DNA of 64,000 bases. Source: Selaginella moellendorffii (Eukaryota; Plantae; Lycopodiophyta). Positions within the stretch are counted from its first letter, which is position 1; each line of letters opens with the position of its first letter. The stretch lies in contig NW_003314265.1 of NCBI RefSeq assembly GCF_000143415.4, positions 882,405 through 946,404 of the forward strand, written 5' to 3'. Position numbers and translations under genes: made by a program. A model generated the notes under the pieces. The model had not been told where the DNA came from, searched no databases, and saw only the letters and a program-made list of their open reading frames with translations. This document shows positions 1-11,600 of the stretch, one piece after another.

Positions 1-374
1 AAAGCTTGACTTGGCACCACCCGCAACGACTGCAACTCAAGCTCGAGATTGCCCACACGCACAACCAGGTCTGCTTCATCTCGTGCACATGCATGTATAC
101 GGCCGTTGCCGTAAAGAATGAAAACTGGATCCGCCGCACGACGCAAGTGTAGACGACAACGTGTGGCAACAGGTCGAGCAATAGAAGATAAACTCGAACC
201 TGTATCAACCAACACGGAGAGAAGAATAGGAGACCACTTGTTATAAAAATGAACTTGGAAAGTAAACACTGGATGAACCGGTGCCGAGTGAACCCCTTGA
301 TGATACTCCCGAAAGAAAGATGGAGGGGTCACTAACTTATTCGCGCAAAGTCCCTCCATTACTCGCGCGACTCC
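1..374 (-). pseudogene. pol: Pol N-terminus (aspartic protease) in the -1 frame relative to gag
   Basis: Translates GVARVMEGLCANKLVTPPSFFREYH...LLSVLVDTGSSLSS. A TGA directly after the slip site (GGG AAA TGA) closes the frame in this copy. Confidence 0.85.
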
Positions 375-1291
375 TCATTTCCCGAATGCACCTCGGGATC
401 CAAACCTTCCACCGCAGCAGCACCAACGGGACGTTGCTGACGCCAAGGTCTCCACCCAGGAAATGGAGGTTGCCAATCCGGAAAGCGCCGACAACGCCAA
501 TAAGTATGACCAACTTCATCACACGCCCAGCAACGAACGTCACGACCACGACCACATCCTCGCCCTTGTCCTTGGACTCGAGTAGCAGCAGCATCAACCT
601 CCATGGGAACAGGACCATCACTCATAGGAAGTGGAGCTGAAGGACGTGTAGCAAGAAGTGGATGAGGCGACATCTCATAACGTTGTGCCAAGCGAAGAGC
701 ATCGTCAAGAGTGGCAGGAGCAAGTGCATGCACAAGTCCGACAAGATCTTGACGAAGTGCTGGCCACAGCATTCCTAGCTTGATCCGCTCCGACATATTT
801 GGCTCCGCACGAAGCAAAAGACTTCGGAAACGAACGCCAAATTGCATCACCGACTCAGATGGCCCTTGGCGAAGACGATGCAATTGTTGGAAGGCATCAT
901 CACAATCGTCGGCGTGTCCAAAAGCGCGTTTGAAGACGTCCGGAAGAACACTCCAATCGCCACGAGTAGTTGCGCTCAATCCATTGTACCACTGCAATGC
1001 CGTCCCTTGGAGACATGTGGGGAACTCACGCAAACGTCGAGCATCATCCCAAGAATGATATGTGGCAATCACCGTGAAGTGATCGAACCAATGGTATACA
1101 TCATCCCCAAGATTCCCATGAAAGAACTCCGGCCGAACACGAGGATTGGCACCAAAAGTAGGAGGAGTTGTACCATGTGCCGTGAACGCCGCCATCAACT
1201 GAATTTGATTGTTCAATTGCAACCGCATAGCATCAAGCAATTGAACCAACTGCTGCTCTAGAGTCAAAGGAGGAGATTGCGGATCAGCCAT
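359..1291 (-). CDS. gag: Retrotransposon Gag (capsid domain, PMEVD motif, CCHC zinc knuckle)
   Basis: 310-aa ORF starting MADPQ, with retrotrans_gag-like LQGTALQWY...LRQG..ESV and knuckle CWACDEVGHTYWRC. Confidence 0.95.
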   Translation of the reverse strand: MADPQSPPLTLEQQLVQLLDAMRLQLNNQIQLMAAFTAHGTTPPTFGANPRVRPEFFHGNLGDDVYHWFDHFTVIATYHSWDDARRLREFPTCLQGTALQWYNGLSATTRGDWSVLPDVFKRAFGHADDCDDAFQQLHRLRQGPSESVMQFGVRFRSLLLRAEPNMSERIKLGMLWPALRQDLVGLVHALAPATLDDALRLAQRYEMSPHPLLATRPSAPLPMSDGPVPMEVDAAATRVQGQGRGCGRGRDVRCWACDEVGHTYWRCRRFPDWQPPFPGWRPWRQQRPVGAAAVEGLDPEVHSGNEESRE

Positions 1292-1503
1292 GAAGATGAA
1301 TGAAAAAGAAAGAGCAAAAGAAGAGAAATGATAAAAAGCTGGAAAGAAATGGTAGATCTAGATAATGCAAAAAGCTAGATCTAAACCAAAATCCTGAAAG
1401 GAAAGAACAAAAGAAAGGAAATGGAAAAAGCTAGATTTAGACAATGCAAAAGTTAGATCTAAACTGAAATCCCAAATCCAAGCACTCCCCAGGGACAATC
1501 AAA

Positions 1504-1523
1504 GGTGCCCCTCACCTCCACCA
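1504..1523 (-). promoter_or_regulatory. Primer binding site, probably tRNA-Ala
   Basis: TGGTGGAGGTGAGGGGCACC, 1 nt inside the 5' LTR, complementary to a ...CACCTCCACCA tRNA 3' end. Same site at 18169-18188. Confidence 0.75.
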
Positions 1524-1524
1524 A

Positions 1525-1698
1525 TGTGAGTGCATGGAATATGGAAAGGGAATACAGAAATGTGCATATCAATTAGCCCAAAAACCCTAGCTTATATACA
1601 GAAGCGAGTGGTCCGGATTGAAACCAATCCGACAGCTACCAAAATCCACTACGCTAATATTAGTATACGGCATCGTAGCCGTACACTTGGCCCTCACA
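1525..1698 (-). repeat. Family A 5' LTR (174 bp)
   Basis: TGTGAG/CTCACA terminal inverted repeat; near-identical to 6384-6558 and 18190-18364. Confidence 0.95.
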
Positions 1699-2049
1699 TA
1701 ATGAATTTAGAAATATAAAATATAAGCATACAATTACAATGTTATATACTATTATTAATGTAGTGGGATTTTGATAGCCATCAGATTAATTTCAATACAG
1801 ACCATTCATTTTTATTTTTTTATCTTCATAAAATTGAAATATACTCCTCCTTTATAATAACCTATTTTTTTTCTAACTCTAGAGTAGCAATTAGTGTAAT
1901 TACTTAATGCTATATACCTATAGTTGACCAATCATAATAACAACATTCATGGTGTGTAGTATAGCTCTTCATGCTCTTACTAAAAATCCTCATGTTTTGC
2001 TAATTTTATTATGTGAGAATCTTAATGATGGTGTATTATTGATTCAATC

Positions 2050-2750
2050 ACTTTATAGTGATTGCAACCTATCATTCTTATGATGATGCCTAGTGTCTGC
2101 ATGAGTTTTCTAGATTTATTTAAGAGATTGCATTATAATGTTTGAGTGCAACCACTTATGCAAATTGGATCCTTCTCCGGACTTGTTTAAATATGTATTT
2201 GGACATATAAACAACTATAACAATGTTTTTTTAGCAATTGCATCGTCTTTGTTAAAAGCTGTTTGAATCAACCATACAATTTGGCGTTTGATTCTATAAT
2301 CTTTTACTTCATGTAAAACCAAATATGTTAGAGTAGATTTAATGTTACTTTGGGTATCAAAAATTATCTGTCAACTAATCCTTTTGTATATTCTTCCCTT
2401 ACTATCACAATGGTAGGAAGTTGACATTGTTAGTCCCTTTTTTAGTCTTCACCTAAGCTAATTGAGAAATTGGTTTTCATATATGCATTTGACCACATGA
2501 GCATAAGGATGGAATTCCTAATTCCTATTAATCAAGCATACTTGACCTGATTAAAGAAATGCATTTGTTAACTTGTATTTGCTAGTGTTGGGAACTCCTA
2601 TAATATTGAGTATGGTCTCTCAAAGATTATCTTGAATACAATAATATTCATCCTGTGTCCAAATTCACAATCTAGTGTTATTCCATATTTAGTAAGTTTT
2701 GAGTTAGTCCTAGAGATTAACTCCTGGTTATACTATAAAATTTCACTCTA
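2050..2750 (+). mobile_element. Possible heavily decayed retroelement pol remnant
   Basis: AT-rich with many stops; short patches resemble RNaseH/integrase (QPYN, EVDIVSP, AFDHMS). Weak. Confidence 0.25.
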
Positions 2751-3784
2751 TACATTAATAAGATTTAGTGGATTTTGACTTTAACTATAATAGATACAAT
2801 TATATAATTGTTAAAACAAACAAGTTCAAAAATAATTTGCTGAGTTAATAGTAGGTAAATTATTATTTATTAATCCATTAGAAGTTTATAGTTATAGGTA
2901 ATTTATCATAAATTGCTATGTGTTGCATGTAGCAATGCTTGGTTTATAATCTATAAACACAAGATTAATCTTATTGCATATCAACCTTTAGATGATAAAA
3001 AAATATAGTAGAAAGGGTTTAAGAAAGTTTATAAATTATAAGTATGTTTATAAACTATAAATACAAGATTAATCTAAATGACTAACAACTGTTGATAATA
3101 TTAAAATTTATAAATTTAAAATATAAGACATAGTGAATGCTATCATATAAAAGCTACAATATATGTTCACTTATAATGTCATACTCACATATCATGAACA
3201 CTACCTGAAAACAATAAATTTAATTTGATGCCTCAAAAAAAACACAATTAATGTCTAATTCAAGTTCTTAACAAGAATGCAAGTGTGAAGTTATTGATGT
3301 GCATGTAAAATTCACATCACTCTTTTGTGTTTCTAGGCATTAGGAGATTGAGTGCTTTTCTAAAGTTGGTGATCAAGATGGCCAGATCTTTCATCATATC
3401 TTTAGCTCAAGGCAACCAAGCCAAGTATTAGATAGCAACAACCTCTCATCATTTTGAAAATAACTGAAAGTGGTGGTGTGGTGGTTCTAGATTGATCTCA
3501 TTGTTATAGCATTAGGCATGTTTAAATATTTTGTGAATAAAACTATAATTATAAGAAAGTATTATACACTCTATATATTAAACCAGTAATTCAGAATATC
3601 ATTATGTAAACTGCATACCAAACTACTTAACAAATTATGAAATAAAATAGTTATATAAAATATATATTATTTTTACATTTTTTTAAAATCAAAACTCATA
3701 TAAATTTTAAACATAAGTAAAAACAATAAAACTTATATAAAAACTACATCATATACCTTATGGTGGTCATAACCCTCCACTCCA

Positions 3785-4904
3785 CATGAGACACAAAATC
3801 CCTAAGCCCCAAAGTGGAGCTGAAAGGGTGCCACGTGGTAGAGGCCAAGGCAAAAGCCAAATGAATATAACACATTTGGACTAAAAGCTCCAACTTGAAA
3901 AGTTGAGAGTGAAAGTGGAACTCCCAACGAAGGGCTCGAGTAATGAGCAGGAAGCGAGCAATGAGTGAGTCTTTAGAAAAGGGACACAAAAAGACTAACA
4001 CATGACACATGGAGTCTAAGATAACCCGAAATAGAATCTGAGATGGATTTGAGATGAAGTTTGAGATGGACCTGAGATGGAGTTTGAGATAAAGTCTGAG
4101 ATAGAACCGAGATGGAGTCTGAGATGTAGTCCAAGATGGAACTAAAACTGAGACCAAGACCAAGATTGAGATCGAGACTAAGACCAAGTCTAAATTTAAG
4201 ACTGAGTCTGAGTCCGAATTCGAGCTCAAGTCCAAATCCAAATCCAAATACTAATAAAGGTTGTTGGGTGAAAGCCAAAAGTGATCTTCCCCTAAAGGGG
4301 GGGCTGCAAGGGGTTCCAAAAATATAGTAGGGAGAGTGTGGGGATTAAACTCCAATGGAACCAGTTTGGCTATGAAAGTCTAGTGTGGCATAAAAAGGCT
4401 ATACCCACGTGTTGAGTGATGATATAACCATTGGGAAGTCCAAGGTTACCTTGAATACGGACAGATAAACAGAGTAGCTTGGTGAAGTGTTCAAGAGCCA
4501 ACTTGAGTTCCGCCGGGAGATTAAATGGTTGATGCTCCCAATCCAAGTGTGGATGGTATTACTTACTTGGATACTTAACATGGCTCATCAAAACTTTGCT
4601 TTAAGACACCCAAAGGCAAATGGTGGGAAGAGTACCCATGAAGCTCGTGTAAAGCTACAATGTTTCGAAATGTCATTCTAAAGTCTTAAATTGTGGAAAA
4701 GAAAAGGAATAGTCCCGGCCATGGGATTAGACACGTGGAGCACTTGGACCAAGTGCAAAGGTTGAGTGGCATAAATACCATTCTCGAAGTTAGCAAGTCC
4801 CTAAGTCTAAAATAGGACTTATGGAAGTTAAGAGTGAGACTTTTCCATATGGTCGAAGTTGTGGTTAAGTGGCTAAAGTAAAATGGAAAAATTAATTACT
4901 TACA
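3785..4904 (+). mobile_element. Degenerate solo-LTR-like relic of family B (inverted relative to 7162-8865), internally deleted
   Basis: Start TGAGACACAAAATCCCTAAGCCCCAAAGTGGAGC and end ...AAATGGAAAAATTAATTACTTACA are reverse complements of the family B LTR ends. Contains a decayed GAGATGGAGTCC/GAGACC array at ~4030-4245 with CpG sites mostly lost. Confidence 0.85.
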
Positions 4905-6383
4905 CATGCTTCACAACTTTGAACTCAATCAAAGCCATGACTTCTCTTCATGTCTAATTGGGAGCACATATCTTCCTTCCTTGATATCAATTCAACAAGT
5001 TCCTCCTCATCCTCTTTTTCTTCTTCATACTTCTCCCTTAGATCTTGATTCAAATAGTGATTATCTTGAAAATTAGAATGTTTGAAACTAGAACTAGAAA
5101 TAAAAACTCTCCCTCTAGAACTAAAACTAAAACTAAAAGTAGTGAGTGTGGTGCCAAGGACAGAGTCTCAATGAAGATCCAGATCAATGATCCACTTGTG
5201 GAAGCAATTGCCCAAGTGGATAGAATGGAGGTTTGTGCAGGCTAAGAGGATCTCAATGAGAGTGATGTGATTAGGAGGGATTCTGTCAACTTGTAGGGGT
5301 GTTGTAAGTGTATGAAGGTTGTGTACATTCTTACTATACTAGATGTGGGTAGGAATACTAGATGCTCTAAAGGGGAAAACTTTAAAGGGGAGAACTTACT
5401 ATATGACTAGAGTGGCTTTCAGCCCAAGTTAAGGCATAGCTCTCTTTAGCATGGCTCTCATGAGCACTTCCCTCACCATGCAAAATTGCACTGCCACAGC
5501 CAAATCTAGTCCCACAATTGTGCTTAAATCCGCTGCATAGTTACTTAAGTTAAATTATGTTATGTATAGTTATGTAATATTCATGTGTGAAAGTAATTAT
5601 ATATAATCTTAAAGGTAAAAAAAATAATTCAAAAAATTCACATTTATTGTATATTATAATGTCCCATAAAGTATAAGTGTTTGCCAGAATTTTCGAGTAT
5701 AATACTAACTTGAGTTTGCAGAATTCATAAATAAAAAATAATATTATAACAAATTTGTATTCACTTTTTCAAAAGGTATATAAATTTAAAACCTTACACA
5801 CTCAATAAATATTTTAGAAAAATTTAAAATAAAGTTTTAAATCTAATTTGATTTTTCTATTAAATTTTTTTATATAGTTTCTAAATTAATATTTTTCATA
5901 ATTTAAATTTAATTTCTTAGAGCACAAGAAAATTTTAAAATTTTATTTATATCAACATGAAACTCAAACAAGGTCATTAGTTTTGAAATGGTTGCATTTT
6001 AAATTTAAATTATTGCATTAAAAATACTTTTAAGGTTTTTTGTAATTAACAAGATAAATATAAAATATTATATGATAAAAATATTTAAAATTATTATTTT
6101 TATAAATTTATTCTCTAATAATTTAAAATCCTAAATTATATCATTAATAAGTTTTTAGTACTAAGTCTTTAATAATTAATTCAGTTTTTTATTAATAAAA
6201 TAAGTGCATCCAGGTATATTTATAAAACTTGAGGAAGACCATGAAAATGCCACTAGCTCAAATAAATGGGAAATTGCAATTGTCTCCAAATGTCCTTTTG
6301 TAATATGAGGAGGAATATTACAAGTTTGACACTAAATGTAACTATGTATATATCAAATAATATCACATGATATCTCCAGCCAA

Positions 6384-6558
6384 TGTGAGTGCATGGAATA
6401 TGGAACGGGAATACAGAAATGTGCATATCAATTAGCCCAAAAACCCTAGCTTATATACAGGAGCGAGTGGTCCGGATTGAAACCAATCCGACGGCTACCA
6501 AAATCCCACTACGCTAATATTAGTATACGGCATCGTAGCCGTACACTTGGCCCTCACA
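6384..6558 (-). repeat. Family A copy 2 3' LTR
   Basis: Abuts the polypurine tract; TG...CA ends. Confidence 0.95.
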
Positions 6559-6590
6559 TCATCCCCTCCTCTCGGAATAATGGAAGGCTA

Positions 6591-7161
6591 TCAGGGTTCT
6601 CTTGTAGATGGGCTAGGATCTGGAGGAATGTCAGGAGGAGGCATCGGCGGATTTGTAGACGGCATTAACTGCTCCTGATCCCTTTGTATGAAGCGTTTCA
6701 ACCGCTGCACATGCACAATCTTTGGAGGATTGGCCTGCTGGACATCATGCCGAACCTCATAAACTTGTGGTCCAACTTGCCGCAACACCTGATATGGTCC
6801 TTTCCACTACGCAAGGAGCCCCTTAGATAAACCACGTACCGTAAGATGGGGAAAACGGACTAACACCAAATCATCCACTTTGTACTCTGCAGGTGGACAA
6901 TGATGGGAGTTGTAGCACTGTTGTTGTCCCACTTGTACGCGACCTAAGTGTTCAGCAGACTCTGCTCGGACAAGTGGAAGAATGCTTGTCAAATATTGAT
7001 CCCATGACCTAGCATCAGGAGCTCGTGGCAATCGCGAAGGTAAACCCAGCTCCGTTGGTAATATTGGATCATGACCATATAGAAGTTTATATGGTGAAAC
7101 ACCAACAGAACTCTGCACTCTTGTGACATAGGCATACTGAAGAGACGGCAAATAACCATCT
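6591..7161 (-). pseudogene. Integrase C-terminal part (GPY/F region), no chromodomain seen
   Basis: LPSLQYAY...GVSPYKLLYGHDP and WKGPYQVLRQVG...VHVQRLK. Rejoins 14679-16043 across the nested element as HSD*DGYLPSL. Confidence 0.9.
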
Positions 7162-8156
7162 TGTAAGCGACTAAATTTTCCATTCTACTTTAGTCACTTA
7201 ACCACACCTCTGACCACTTGGAGGAGTCTCATTCACAACCTCCATAAGTCCAATCCAGGACTTGGGACTTGCTAGCCCCGAGAATGGCATCTATGCCACT
7301 CAACATTTGCACTTGGTCCAAGTGCTCCACGTGTCCGATCCCATGACCGACACTCAAAGGTACCATAGCAGCCCGTTACACTAAGGCCATGCCCAATCAC
7401 CTTTGCCACACTGGTAGTCCAATACCACTTGCATCACCGTCTTGGTTCTCCAAGACTAGGCAAACCATTCGTGAGTGGTCATCTCAGATCCACTCCTTAG
7501 CATCCTTAGGATGCCCACCGACAAGGGGAATAGCCTTCCCTAATATCCCTCTGTCAGTCCCCACTAAGTCCCTTTCTGCCCCTGGCCGTGTTTGCCAACA
7601 CTGCCACTGGATCAAGACCCACAGGCCCGACCACTAAGTCCCACGGTCCTCTGGGACTTCCTCACCACACGACTGTGTCCTTGGTCACTACCCCAGAGGA
7701 CTGCTCCTCTTCCTTTCCACAGTCTGGGCCTTTGGGACAACATTTCGGAACACCGTGGCCTTATGCGAGCCACCTGGGTACTCTCCTCGCCTTCTGCCCT
7801 TGGGTGCTCTAGCCATGGGCTTAGAGCGGGTTTTGTTGAGCCACACCAGGTATCCAAGTAGGTAGTGCCACCCACACTTGGACTGGGAGCATCGGCCAGT
7901 CGATCTCCCGGGGGAACTAGAGTCGGCTCTTGAACACTTCACCCAGCTACCCCGCTTGTCAGTCTGTGTTCACTCTAGTCTTGGACTTCCCAGTGGGCAG
8001 CTCATCACCCAACACTGGGTCCGGCCTTCCTGGGCCAAACTAGCCTTTCCTGGCCAAACTAGCTCCACTGCAGTCCTCCCCCTACTATACTTTTGGAGCT
8101 CACCAAACCCCCCAGGGTCTGGGAGACGAACGCTTTGGGCTTTCACCCTCTCAGGC

Positions 8157-8263
8157 TCCGGACTCGGACTCGGACTCGGACTCGGACTCGGACTCGGATT
8201 CGGACTCGGACTCAGGCTCGGGCTCGGTCTCGGCCTCGGCCTCGGTCTCGGTCTCGGTCCCGA

Positions 8264-8295
<32 letters not shown>

Positions 8296-8634
8296 CCGGT
8301 CTCGGTCTCGACTTCGGACTCCATCTCGGACTCCATCTCGGACTCCATCTTGGGTCCATCTCGGACTCCATCTCGGACTCCATCTCGGGTCCATCTCGGA
8401 CTCCATTTCGGGTCCATCTCGGGTCCACCTCGGACTCCATCTCGGACTCCATCTCGGACTCCACTTCGGACTCCAACTCGGGTCCATCTCGGACTCCACT
8501 TCGGACTCCAACTCGGGTCCATCTCGGACTCCACTTCGGACTCCAACTCGGGTCCATCTCGGACTCCACTTCGGACTCCAACTCGGGTCCATCTCAGACT
8601 CCACTTCGGACTCCAACTCAAGTCCATCTCGGAC
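8157..8634. repeat. Hierarchical minisatellite in the family B LTR (GACTCG/GTCTCG 6-mers, 11/12-mers, 35-bp higher-order unit)
   Basis: Units GGACTCCATCTC, GGGTCCATCTC, GGACTCCACTTC and GGACTCCAACTC are directly visible. Confidence 0.95.
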
Positions 8635-11600
8635 ACTCCCACGTGTCATGTGTTGGTCCTTTTGGGTCCCTTTTTGGAGCCTCGCCTTTTGCTCGCTTTG
8701 TGCTCGTTCCTCGAGCACTTCGTTGGGAGTTCCACTCCCGCTCTTTACTTTTCAAGTCGGAGCTTTTGGTCCAAACGTGTTACGCTCATTTGGCTCTCGC
8801 TTCGGCCACTACCATGTGGCGCCCTTCCGGCTCCACTTTGGGGCCTAGGGATTTTGTGTCTCACAACTCCACCACCCATAGACGAAGTTCGATGTCCTCA
8901 TCGAACGGTGAACCATTTTATAAAGTAACACTCGCATGTGTTACCATTTCCATCCTTGGCGCGTAGCCAATATTTGTCAATGGTGTGACCTTGAAGGCTC
9001 ACCATGCCTTCTCCATATTTGTCAATGGTTGGACATTGAAGGCTCACCATGCCTTTTGCATATCCTCTAAGGAGGGTAGTCTCTCCAACTTAGAGACTGA
9101 TTGGACCACATATAGTGGTTCTCTCCTTTTATTGGTTTAGTTCTCGCTAAACCTCTTAGAGACCCTTCTCTAAGTTAATCCCACTACTCCTTCTCGAGTA
9201 GTCTCAATTTCCATCGATATAACCTTTGCACTTTGGAACTTTGAATTTTGACTTCTTGGAGTTAATTTCCTAGGTGTCTCCGACACCTTGCCTTGCACCT
9301 TTTTGTGCAACTCCACTTCCCATCCTAGGAAGTTCTCTACTCGAGGGCACCATCATCCTCTCTTCTATTTCGTGCCAAAGTTCCAGTTATCATACTTTGT
9401 GCTAGGGCTGTTCATGGCCCTATCATTTGGCTACCTTACCGCTCCCTCCCTTGGAGCTTCCACTTTTGCCAAATCGGAGCATTTCGAAATCCCTCCTTGG
9501 AAACACACTTCCTTTCCCGCAACTTGTTAACGTCCAACACATTAGTGTTCCTCGCCTAACTTTGTCACTTGGATTCCTTCCAAGGGATTCTACGGCCCTA
9601 TCTTGGCCACTCATCTTTTGCTCCTATCCGTTGATTGTTGCACCAAGCAACATCGAATCTCTACCTCCCTCCTTGAGGTATTGTTTTGGTTCCATAGCAA
9701 AGACTCTTCTTTGCCAAGTCCGGAGGATGTTCACCCCTAGTACGTCTCTTTAGCATCTTCTGCTATGGGCTTTATCCACGGCCCAACTTCGTGACCCTCC
9801 CATGGGTCTTTTATAGAGACTACTTTCCTCGAACTCACTATGCCATCGCACGGACATAGTTTATTTCCCTTAGGTGCTCTTCCCACTTGGTCATCACGAC
9901 CAAGCCACACCACCTTAAACAGTTCAATTTCAACATTTTTGAACCAGGAACTTCATTCCTTAGCCAACCAAGGACCTTGTCCTTATCTGGCCATAAGATC
10001 ACCTAGTGATCTCACCTTGGCACCTTAACAGAGTTGCCAAGAGGTACTTGGTCTTCTAGACCTCCAAGTTGTTGACTATAACCCCGGGGGCATCCCCCAC
10101 ACTTGGCGGTGCACCCAAGCCAGCCCTTATGGCCAAGGGTTCATAGCAACTGAGATTAGGTGTCCCCATCTCACTCACCACGACCTTGGTGCCACTTGCA
10201 CCAAAACGTTCAAGTTAGATATGCTGAGCTTTCACACTAAGCAATCTAACCGTGCATCACGACTCCGAGGCATCCCTCGCTTGGCGGTGTGCCCAAACCA
10301 GTCTCCCCACTGAGAGTCCATGACCACCGAAATATGAGTGTCCTCATATTCCAAACCATCACCACGCCCTAGTGATTTGGGACTCGAACCCAAGCACTAG
10401 AGGGTCGGGACTCGAACCCAACCTCCGTATATGCATCTACGGACGGCATCACACAAGATGCCTGGCGTGACTCCCCACGCCGGTGCACCAACTTATTTTT
10501 AAAGCGCGCTACAGATCACAGCTTAGGAACCTAGTTCCTCCACACTGCCAAATCCTCTCACTTGACATGTCTGTGATCATGCATGGACTCCTCCATGCTC
10601 GGCCCCATGGCCCACCCTTTTTGAAGTTATCACCTTCAACTAGGGTATTTGTTCCCCCGACGTGCCAATCTCACTTGGTAAGTCCTCCGACCACTGTAAC
10701 ATGGTTCCTGCATAAGCGTGAAAGTCCTTGACCATCGACTTTCGTTCAAAGCCCTCTCTTTGAACACTCGGGAACTACTTCCCTAACCTTGATAGCCTTG
10801 CCTCATGGCAAGCTTCAAGACCACGCTTCTGCTGCGCCACTCTGATTTCACACGTTCCATGAACCATTTACACTTGGCCTTTCTAGGTACTAAGCTACCT
10901 AGAATCGTCTTTGGGAACCTTGAAGGAACTCTGTCCCTCAGCTTGCTAAGGCCTCCCTTTTTGCAAGCCTTCCAAATGCCACATAGTCTAACATGGACAA
11001 TTCCATATTTTAGACTCTCCATGGCATCACGGTTGCTAGCGGCAACACCCTCGAGCCCCCACTTGATTCTCCACTCCCAGCTGGCATAACCAACCTTGGT
11101 TATGCCTTTTGATTCCTATGGTTCGGTTCTATCCCCTTACTTCTTGCTTTTTGGCTTCACACCTTTCCTTTGGTCATTCTCCTCCAGACCAGGAGGATAG
11201 CTTTGCACTTTCTATCATGCTTTAGCAAGTATTCTTAGGGATGAACCTACCCAATAGCCTAGGGAGTGGTTCCTCAATCCGGGTATGCTCACCTTATAAT
11301 CCCACACATTGGGATTACATTGTTGCTTATGGGCCTTTACATGCCCATCACTCGCCTTGCCAAAATTCCATTTTTGGCTTTGTCCAACTCGGGTAGACAG
11401 TCCTCTCCTGTCTCCGCAACCTTGGACATTTGGATAGCACTTTCTATCCATCATTCGCTAGGGACTTAGTTCCTTGGGCTTTATCCATTGCCCTTGCAAC
11501 ATCAAACACCACCTTCTGGTGTTCTAGAGTGTTCGGGTGTCCCAATGATGGCTTTCTTGACAATGAGTATTTCCTTTTATGACATTGACTTACTATATCG

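Larger units (their letters stand above)
1..1698 (-). mobile_element. Ty3/gypsy LTR retrotransposon, family A copy 1 (5' part only; continues left of the window)
   Basis: 5' LTR 1525-1698 (TGTGAG...CTCACA), PBS 1504-1523, intact gag 359-1291, and aspartic protease motif LVDTGSS at ~195-215. Colinear and highly similar to 16668-18364. Confidence 0.95.

Noticed and set aside
357-361. TAATG stop-start overlap (termination-reinitiation) for pol in copy 1
   Set aside because: Copy 2 has TAACG. The ATG is better explained as a CpG transition, and the -1 frameshift signal accounts for pol expression.
3780-4910. TSD around the solo-LTR relic
   Set aside because: Flanks do not match and the left terminus is eroded.
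8157-8634. CRISPR-like periodic array
   Set aside because: Head-to-tail units with no unique spacers, eukaryotic context and no cas genes.
7878-8966. Multiple long overlapping ORFs (RS/RP/GL/ES repeats), also at 13688-14725 and 3744-4327
   Set aside because: By-products of a stop-poor minisatellite inside LTRs; the frames differ between the two LTRs.
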